IMG/VR virus record: IMGVR_UViG_3300036770_001972
Coordinates: 38,229-102,228 of that record
DNA: 64,000 nucleotides
DNA from: a virus
Reading direction: 5' to 3' (one strand)
Each line of letters opens with the position of its first letter. Within the stretch, counting starts at the first letter, position 1. Of the stretch, positions 54,788 to 64,000 are shown one piece after another. The notes beneath the pieces were generated by a model that saw only the letters and a program-made list of their open reading frames with translations, did not search any database and had not been told where the DNA came from. A program made the translations under genes and the position numbers.

Positions 54788-56068
54788 TCAACTGATTTCG
54801 ATACCAGACCCAGTAATTCCCGAAGCGATGACAAAACCCATGGTTAGACCCCCAGCGGTCTTCTGTACGCGCATCAGGGTAACCATAGCAACAGATCCAG
54901 TAATTGCAGCATTGGTTACTGTGTCGGGAGAGAACAAAATGGGTCGTGTCAGTCCATCGGTTAGTATGCTTGAATCGAATTGCCCTGTATAGCCGCTACC
55001 GCTGTTTTGTTTGATGATTACAGCAATGGTTTCTACAGTCGTTGAAAGACTGTGCCATCCAGATCCCGCTTTGATCGTTACGGTTCCATTGGGGGAAATG
55101 TTGTATCTCTGAATGGTTCCCGATGCACCGTTGACAACAACATCATTGACACCCGATGCCAAGGTGTACACAGGCGCGGCTTCGGCGGGATTTCTGAAGA
55201 TGCCGCCCGTGATTGACATGTTTGCACCAAGCACCATTCCCGTACCAGTTATGGTGATTCTGCTTCCAGCCGCTGTGCCGAAAGTCAAAGAGGTGCCGTT
55301 GAACAACAAGTTCGATGTTGCTGTCAAGCCACCTTGTGCGCGGAAAGAGGTGTTGATGTATGGAATACCATGCTGACTTCCTGTGATGGTCATCGCACCC
55401 GTTGCACCGTTGAATGATGTCACGCCGATGTTGTTGATGACCTTACCAGTTCCGATGTTGATCGCAGATCCTGCTTGAATGGTGTCGCCTGTGGCTCCAT
55501 AAGCAGCGGCAAGTTGGACATTTCCTGTTGTTGATACTGTAAAGTATGTCGAGTTGAAAGACGCAAGACCTATCTTTGCGTTGGTTGCCGTCAACCCAAC
55601 AATCGAATACTCGCCTTTGGTTGTCTTATTAAAGGCAAGTCCTGTTGTTCCCGAAATGTCAATTACATCACCCCATCCGTAGGTGTCTACATTTTTTCCC
55701 TGATCGCTAATGCTGATGCCACCAAGAGTTCCACCGATTTTGATGTGAGCAGACGCGCCCAAATCGAAATAGCGAGGATCGAATGACGCAACTCCAGTTG
55801 CTGCTATTGTGGCGCGGCGTACTGTACCCACTTCACCACTAACGATGAAGGCATGCCCATCTCCCGCTGCCCCCGCACCAGTTGCGCCAGTATTGCCAGT
55901 ATTTCCTTGGGCACCTGGTTCGCCTGGGTCTCCTTGAGGGCCCTGCGACCCAATGACAGAACCATCAACAATGTTCCACACACCGCTGCTTGCATCGAAC
56001 TCCCATACGATGTTTCCGTATGTGTATTGTGCGCCGTTTGTTACACCACTTGGGGGATTGAAAGACAT
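54788..56068 (-). CDS. tail fibre-like protein
   Basis: Short collagen segment and an ASFNSTYFTVS..LAAAY.ATGDT..NIGVTSFNG repeat shared with the 62328 gene; late promoter ATAAATA at 56094-56100. Confidence 0.7.
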   Translation of the reverse strand: MSFNPPSGVTNGAQYTYGNIVWEFDASSGVWNIVDGSVIGSQGPQGDPGEPGAQGNTGNTGATGAGAAGDGHAFIVSGEVGTVRRATIAATGVASFDPRYFDLGASAHIKIGGTLGGISISDQGKNVDTYGWGDVIDISGTTGLAFNKTTKGEYSIVGLTATNAKIGLASFNSTYFTVSTTGNVQLAAAYGATGDTIQAGSAINIGTGKVINNIGVTSFNGATGAMTITGSQHGIPYINTSFRAQGGLTATSNLLFNGTSLTFGTAAGSRITITGTGMVLGANMSITGGIFRNPAEAAPVYTLASGVNDVVVNGASGTIQRYNISPNGTVTIKAGSGWHSLSTTVETIAVIIKQNSGSGYTGQFDSSILTDGLTRPILFSPDTVTNAAITGSVAMVTLMRVQKTAGGLTMGFVIASGITGSGIEIS

Positions 56069-56096
56069 TTGGGTTCGTTCCTTTGCTTTCTGCTAT

Positions 56097-56492
56097 TTAT
56101 GAGAAGGTTCCACCATCGATCTTGCCGCTGCGAAGAAGTGGTTTCCATCCGTTTGTTGAGTCATACTGATAGAACAATTGAGTTCTTTTGTCGTAGACAA
56201 TACCGTAGTTTGTCTCAGAATTTCCAACACTTTTGAAGATTTGCCACTCAGTTCCGTTGTGTCGCACCACATCATTGTCTGCTAAGTTTGCTAGAGATAT
56301 CGGAGATGAGGAAACGGTTCTCACGATGTACTTTGTATTGACTGTCGCGCTTATCGATTCTCCCGAGTTCTCAAGTATCTTTTCCACGGCAAAGTTGATG
56401 TCCGATCCATCAACGACATAGAAGTAATCGGATGTCAGTACCGTATTTTCACGGTTGGCTGGTTCTAATGTATCTCCAATTCTAATCGCCAT
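56097..56492 (-). CDS. fibre-associated protein, paralogue of the N-terminal domain of the upstream gene
   Basis: MAIRIGDTLEPANRE versus [15 protein letters not shown], shared TKYIV; ends IDGGTFS. Confidence 0.75.
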   Translation of the reverse strand: MAIRIGDTLEPANRENTVLTSDYFYVVDGSDINFAVEKILENSGESISATVNTKYIVRTVSSSPISLANLADNDVVRHNGTEWQIFKSVGNSETNYGIVYDKRTQLFYQYDSTNGWKPLLRSGKIDGGTFS

Positions 56493-56498
56493 GGTTTA

Positions 56499-59009
<2,511 letters not shown>

Positions 59010-59014
59010 CTATC

Positions 59015-59989
59015 TTATGTTGCGACCGTTCTCAGTTCCACCGATGTGCCCAAGTTTGGGTTGCGGCTCCTAGTCACATAGAAAGATTCCGTGAAGCCCA
59101 AAGTATTGGAACTTGTCACAGACGCATCACCTGGGATGTCCAACTGTCCCTGCAAATACATCCCCCCATATGGACTATTATTTATGCTTTGCTTGATGGA
59201 GCCAAATCTTGTAGGAAACGCATAGTACATGTACTCGTCATATTGTGTACTTATGTTGACGGTGTGTGGTAAAGAAGCGGAAACCTCAGAGGTGAGGAGC
59301 GCGTTCGTCAGAATCGATTGTATTTCTTCTCCATTAAGACTAGAGAGAGTACTCTTTCCCCATCGCACCTCGTTCCCGATGGCGACTGTGAACTCATGGG
59401 TGTCTCCGACCGAAGCACTACCCGTCACAACCAATCGAAGTGTGACTGTATCTCCAATTCCAGCCGTAATTGTCTGTGCGCTGAATGTGATCGAATCCAT
59501 CGCTGAAGTTGGAAAGTAGACGGGGAATCCAGTTCCTTGCGTTGGATCGGTCAAATAGATTGCACCCGTGGCAGGAACAACACCCCCCGCATATGTCACG
59601 CTTATGCTCTCCCCCGCCAAACTATGCGCTGTGTTTCCTTTCATCACGATGTCATCGATGGTTGTGGTGAAAGTATCGATGAGAAGAAGCGTTGTTCCGT
59701 CCGCACCCGTTGATCCTGTCGGGCCTTGAGGGCCGAGACCGCTCGGCGTGAAAAGAACCCAATCGGAATTGGATGTTCCACCGACGAGTGCATAGTAGGA
59801 ATCCGCGTCCTGCACATAGACCATCATGCCCTCTTCGCGGCGTTCCTGCGCGATGGCATCTCTTTGTGCAGTCGTTCCTACTGATCGTAGACCACCCAAA
59901 CCAAACTGCGGGTCTGTCACAGGATAGGTGTCGAGTTCGCTCGTTGGAGCGATCTTACCTGTTAGTGGAACTGTTCCCGTGATAGGCAT
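59015..59989 (-). CDS. fibre/virion structural protein
   Basis: GGLRSV..QRDAI..RREEGMMVYV..YYAL..W N-terminal module, short collagen segment, and a C-terminal domain paralogous to its neighbours. Confidence 0.7.
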   Translation of the reverse strand: MPITGTVPLTGKIAPTSELDTYPVTDPQFGLGGLRSVGTTAQRDAIAQERREEGMMVYVQDADSYYALVGGTSNSDWVLFTPSGLGPQGPTGSTGADGTTLLLIDTFTTTIDDIVMKGNTAHSLAGESISVTYAGGVVPATGAIYLTDPTQGTGFPVYFPTSAMDSITFSAQTITAGIGDTVTLRLVVTGSASVGDTHEFTVAIGNEVRWGKSTLSSLNGEEIQSILTNALLTSEVSASLPHTVNISTQYDEYMYYAFPTRFGSIKQSINNSPYGGMYLQGQLDIPGDASVTSSNTLGFTESFYVTRSRNPNLGTSVELRTVAT

Positions 59990-59995
59990 GATGTA

Positions 59996-60931
59996 TTAGT
60001 ACGAGTATGTCACGATGACGGACAGATCACCGTTGAGTTGGTTTGTGCTTCGATAGATCTTGTATGTCGTTGAGAACCCATATGAGTTCATCACCGAAGC
60101 CGTGGTTGTGGTTGCCAACGAGACATCGAATCCTGCAAGCGTCATCTTGCTGATGTCGTAGTCATCGTGTATGAACACATAGAAGTATCCCGATCCTGCC
60201 GAAGCCGTGAGTGTGGTCGTTTGGCTTGATGTGGATTTATTGGTGATGAGTGATGTGCTTCCCAACGAAAGACTTGATGGATCCGTGAGGGATGCATCGG
60301 TTGACTTGCCCCAATAGAGCCGAGACCACCAAGACCTCGTCGCGGAGATTGAAGGATTGCTTCCTTCTTCCTGTGCGCCCGTAAGGCTGATCGTTACTGA
60401 GTTGGAGCCGAGCGTGGTCGCCCTGAACGGAGGGTATGTAACGCTTGCCGAGTTTGCTGTGGGGCTTCCTGCGGTGAGCGCGATGCCTGATGCCAATCCG
60501 CTATATGAGATGTATGCGCTGTTGGCAAGCCAGTTGCCCGTTGGCCCGCTCCGAGTCCACGAAACGGTTGCCGCACCATTTCCACCCGTCTGTCCCAGTT
60601 CATAAGACGAAGCAAGACCAGTTGTGATGCCCGTGAACGCTACGCTCTGATATGGGTACAGTATCTGTTCCAAGATTTCAATTGCCGTTGACCCAACATC
60701 AATGGTCGTTCCTTGAGGTATTCCTGCAATGTCGGTTGCAGTCGTGGGTTCGGCTGAAGTCCAAGTGCTTTCGGCAGAGCCACCCCCGCCGCCTAGGATC
60801 TCAATCGAATTGTTTGCTGTACCACCGACATACAGTTTCCTGTCGGTGAGGTTGACTGCCATCTCCCCGTAGGTAAGCCCTGCGGGAATTACGCCTGGTT
60901 TGATGGTTCGTCTGACCTTGAATAGTGCCAT
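59996..60931 (-). CDS. fibre/virion structural protein
   Basis: KVRR..P..LTYGEMAVNLTDRKLYVG fibre N-terminal motif; late promoter at 60938-60944. Confidence 0.7.
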   Translation of the reverse strand: MALFKVRRTIKPGVIPAGLTYGEMAVNLTDRKLYVGGTANNSIEILGGGGGSAESTWTSAEPTTATDIAGIPQGTTIDVGSTAIEILEQILYPYQSVAFTGITTGLASSYELGQTGGNGAATVSWTRSGPTGNWLANSAYISYSGLASGIALTAGSPTANSASVTYPPFRATTLGSNSVTISLTGAQEEGSNPSISATRSWWSRLYWGKSTDASLTDPSSLSLGSTSLITNKSTSSQTTTLTASAGSGYFYVFIHDDYDISKMTLAGFDVSLATTTTASVMNSYGFSTTYKIYRSTNQLNGDLSVIVTYSY

Positions 60932-60982
60932 ACAGCATATTTAGTGAGGGGTTTTCCAAACGAATAAACATCCCGACCCCGT

Positions 60983-61549
60983 TCAGGCGGGAAGGCTCCA
61001 ACTCCAAACACCGATCTCGTCGCAGTATGCGGAGTACCTATTGCGAATGAATTGATCGTATTCAGGCAGATCCATTGGATTTCCTCCTATCCAAGTGTCA
61101 AACCATGCATAGTGCCAATGGGATCCTTGCGGTGGATTCCAAGTTTCGATATCCGCATGGACAAGAGAGAAGCGAGAATCCTTGGGGCAATGCTGCCACA
61201 CCAAGTCGATGACTTCCTGATTCTTCTCTACGATGGTGACAGATGTGATATGTGGATTGTCGAGCAGTTTCTGATTGACGAATCCGATTCCCAAACCACC
61301 GATCAGAACATCGCCAGTTGCACCCTGCCACAGAGGTTCATGCTGCGCGTATTCGGAATGGGTGTCCTGCATAATTGGGCCAATCGGCGCGTAAACCAAG
61401 AAAGTGTACCTGTCATATGGCTCCTCCCACATAGAAGTCATGTCGAAGCCAGTTGCCAAGGTAAAGACCGTTGATGAGTCGCCTGTGGCAACCTTGACAG
61501 ACCAATCGCCAATGGTTCCTTCGGGAATGTTTACTTGTATTCTTGTCAT
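60983..61549 (-). CDS. class I SAM-dependent transferase (spermidine synthase-like)
   Basis: IMQDT..E, DVLIGGLGIG, VTIVEKNQEVIDLV, LVHADI and WFDTW. Confidence 0.8.
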   Translation of the reverse strand: MTRIQVNIPEGTIGDWSVKVATGDSSTVFTLATGFDMTSMWEEPYDRYTFLVYAPIGPIMQDTHSEYAQHEPLWQGATGDVLIGGLGIGFVNQKLLDNPHITSVTIVEKNQEVIDLVWQHCPKDSRFSLVHADIETWNPPQGSHWHYAWFDTWIGGNPMDLPEYDQFIRNRYSAYCDEIGVWSWSLPA

Positions 61550-62331
61550 CCGTATGCCCTGATTCGAATGCCACCAGTACCGCCCGTTGCGCCTTTGTAT
61601 GCATCCGCAACAGTTAGTAATTTCCGATATCCACCACCACCACCACCCGCGCCCTTCAAATCGGTGATTCCCCCACCGCCTGCCTCTGCCCGTGTGTCGG
61701 ATGAGTAAAGACCACCATTACCGCCATTGGCAATGATTATGAACTCTGCTGCATTGGCATCATTCTCTCCACCATATCCACCATTTCCGCCGTTTGAGCC
61801 TGCGGTTGCTGTTGCACCACCATTATTTCCATTTCCCCCTGCGCGGTTGCTGATGTTTCCATTCAGCGCGTTTCCGCCCGTTCCCCCACGGGGTGTCATA
61901 CCGATGGTCGTTGCTCTTTCGCCGCCGAATCCACCATAGGCAACGACTCCTGAGAAAGAGATTATCGTATCTCCGTTTCTCGTCAGAGATGTGAGTGTTG
62001 TGTTTCCACCCGATGCGCCTCTATTCGCAGCATCGCCCGCCCCGCCGCTGCCAATCGTGAAGTTCAGTACATCGCCGCCGAATGCACCCGTATATCCATA
62101 GCGCACATATCCACCACCGCCGCCACCGCCGCCACCGACATAGTAAACGGTTCTGCCTACTGAGACTGAGTTTGCCGCACCACCACCACCACCGCCACCA
62201 TAAAGTTCGACATCGATGTACTGCGCCCCTGCGGGAATGGTATAAGACTGCGCTCCCGCTGTGGTTCCGATTCTAGCGTCAGCGAGGAGTTGCAGTTGTC
62301 TGTTCTGTGCTGCTCGTACTACGCCGATCAT
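61546..62331 (-). CDS. glycine-rich domain fibre protein
   Basis: YTIPAGA..DVELYGGGGGGG..GGGGGGGGY..FTIGSGG..GGTGGIRIRAY. Confidence 0.8.
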   Translation of the reverse strand: MIGVVRAAQNRQLQLLADARIGTTAGAQSYTIPAGAQYIDVELYGGGGGGGAANSVSVGRTVYYVGGGGGGGGGYVRYGYTGAFGGDVLNFTIGSGGAGDAANRGASGGNTTLTSLTRNGDTIISFSGVVAYGGFGGERATTIGMTPRGGTGGNALNGNISNRAGGNGNNGGATATAGSNGGNGGYGGENDANAAEFIIIANGGNGGLYSSDTRAEAGGGGITDLKGAGGGGGGYRKLLTVADAYKGATGGTGGIRIRAYG

Positions 62332-64000
62332 GTGAAGTTCAAGCCCCCGACGAATCCATAAATCGTAGTTCCCGCGTCAGGAGTGACAAACGAAACGACA
62401 TCGATTCCGCTGCTCGACAGCACGGGCTTGATGCCACCAGGCCACTTGATGTTTCCACCCCATGCGGTCATGCCCGTGCCCGACATGAGACCGCCGTTGG
62501 TCACAATCAGGGTCACGGATGCAGCACCCGAGGAAGGTGCATCCGTGAAGTATATTGCCGTGGTTCCTGTCGCGCCCGTGCCCACGCCCGTGAGCGTCTG
62601 CACCTGACCGTTGGCGAAACTGATGTTTGCTGTGCGGAGAGAGCCATTTGCATAGACACCCTCGTTGACGATCTTGGTACCATAGATGGTTGTTGTATCG
62701 GATGCGGCATTGCCAAGAGTCGTGTTTCCATTGACTACAACATTGCTATTGAATGTTGCGCCCGACGAGACAAACAAAGCACTAGCCGAAAGACCATAAC
62801 CTATGGTCGCTGCTGCATCACAATTGAACTGCGTTGCATAAAGGGAGATCGTGCTGTTACCGTCATATACTTCAAGATAAGTATTGTTTCCACCATAGTT
62901 TCCATCAAAGTCACCGATGGTGATTGCATTGCCCGCATTTTGAGTGAGTCTAAGATTTGAAGAAGCAAGAGCAGAGACGAAGTTGTCAATTCCTGGTGTA
63001 ATCTGAATGCGTCTACTGCCACTTCCGATTGTCAGAGTTTCTGTCGCCGTGGTATAGTACAATCCATTGTCTGCTGAGAGAGATCCCGATGCATTGAATT
63101 GAATTTGGGTATCTGCACCCGCAGCACCTGTGGTTTGATACGCAGATGCAAGACTTACCGCACCATTAGATACCGTAAAGTAAGTGGAGTTGAAAGACGC
63201 AACGCCAGTTACAGAGGTTGTTGCCAAGCGATTGGTTACTACCGTGTTTCCGAGAACTAGGCTAGAGCCACCATCACCCGTGAGTGATACATTTCCTGTC
63301 AAACCATTGAACGAAGTGACACCGATGTTGTACAGGGTATCTGTCTTGCCTGATGTGGCAATACCGATTCCTGATCCCGCAACGGTAATGACTGTGTCGC
63401 CTGTGGCTTGATATGCAGCAGCAAGACTTACAGCACCATTCGACACCGTAAAGTAAGTGGAGTTGAAAGATGCCACACCAGTTGCGGCAGTAGTCGCAAT
63501 ACGATTAGTTACTACCGTGTTTCCGAGAACTAGGCTAGAGCCACCATCACCCGTAAAAGATATGTTCCCAGTTAGACTGTTGAACGAGGTGACACCAATG
63601 TTGTACAGAGTATCTGTCTTGCCTGATGTGGCGATGCCGATCCCCGATCCCGCGACTGTGATGACTGTATCTCCTGTAGCCTGATAGGCAGCAGCAAGAT
63701 CAATATGTCCCGTTGTCGTTGCCGTGAAGCGGACATTGTTGAACGAAGCGACACCTGTAACAGCCGTGGTTGCAAGTCTTGCACCTAAAGTAGTTGTGGT
63801 TCCCGAGACGGTGTGGAGGATTGCTCCTGAACCAGTTAGGGAGACATTTCCAGTAAATCCGTTGAAACTTGTAACACCGATATTGTATAGGGTATCAGTC
63901 TTACCCGATGTGGCAATACCGATTCCTGATCCCGCAACGGTAATGACTGTGTCGCCTGTGGCTTGATATGCAGCAAGGAGATCTACATTGCCAGTAGCAG
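62328..64000 (-). CDS. long repeat-containing tail fibre (5' end outside the window)
   Basis: The frame is open from 63998 to the stop at 62328, so the ORF-track start at 63476 is internal. It has 91-94 aa tandem repeats and a C-terminal WGGNIKWPGG..P.LSS.G.DVVSF tip motif. Confidence 0.85.
   Translation of the reverse strand, partial: ATGNVDLLAAYQATGDTVITVAGSGIGIATSGKTDTLYNIGVTSFNGFTGNVSLTGSGAILHTVSGTTTTLGARLATTAVTGVASFNNVRFTATTTGHIDLAAAYQATGDTVITVAGSGIGIATSGKTDTLYNIGVTSFNSLTGNISFTGDGGSSLVLGNTVVTNRIATTAATGVASFNSTYFTVSNGAVSLAAAYQATGDTVITVAGSGIGIATSGKTDTLYNIGVTSFNGLTGNVSLTGDGGSSLVLGNTVVTNRLATTSVTGVASFNSTYFTVSNGAVSLASAYQTTGAAGADTQIQFNASGSLSADNGLYYTTATETLTIGSGSRRIQITPGIDNFVSALASSNLRLTQNAGNAITIGDFDGNYGGNNTYLEVYDGNSTISLYATQFNCDAAATIGYGLSASALFVSSGATFNSNVVVNGNTTLGNAASDTTTIYGTKIVNEGVYANGSLRTANISFANGQVQTLTGVGTGATGTTAIYFTDAPSSGAASVTLIVTNGGLMSGTGMTAWGGNIKWPGGIKPVLSSSGIDVVSFVTPDAGTTIYGFVGGLNFT
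63130..64000 (-). repeat. 273-282 bp tandem coding repeats
   Basis: The AAYQATGDTVITVAGSGIGIATSGKTDTLYNIGVTSFN unit recurs at about 63961, 63679 and 63406, with a partial unit at about 63133. Confidence 0.9.

Noticed and set aside
62328-64000. Diversity-generating retroelement TR/VR pair
   Set aside because: The repeats are in-frame tandem coding units with synonymous rather than adenine-specific differences, and no reverse transcriptase is in the window.

Overview
This window is part of a large T4-like (myovirus) bacteriophage genome. No host genes, rRNA, tRNA, CRISPR arrays or transposons were recognised. From left to right it contains: (i) a minus-strand fibre and baseplate block, with two collar-domain fibres, a GT2-TPR glycosyltransferase, a DUF4815/VrlC-like protein, gp8, gp7, gp6, gp25, a TM+GAF-like protein, PAAR gp5.4, gp5, a gp27-like hub, gp53 and gp48; (ii) a plus-strand block of gp4, gp2, gp54-like, gp26, gp51 and tape measure; (iii) replication, recombination and transcription genes (gp32, gp33, exonuclease, DenV-like, RuvC-like, uvsY, uvsW, gp55, gp47, an inverted gp46 and class II nrdJ) interleaved with late accessory genes; and (iv) a second cluster of fibre-like, collagen and glycine-rich genes that includes a SAM-dependent transferase. 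Late promoters read (C/A)TAAATA, and several sigma70-type promoters are visible. The most notable observations are a candidate virion-glycosylation system (GT2-TPR plus G-x-T-G/A motifs across structural proteins), a likely programmed -1 frameshift fusing gp26 to gp51, an apparent ATC start codon for gp4, two apparent pseudo-enzymes (trypsin-like and GH56-like) flanking the inverted gp46, a GTACT repeat array upstream of gp55, a 19-bp operator-like element shared by two promoters, and apparent avoidance of CCGG and AGCT. All family calls come from motif recognition by eye; no database searches were run.
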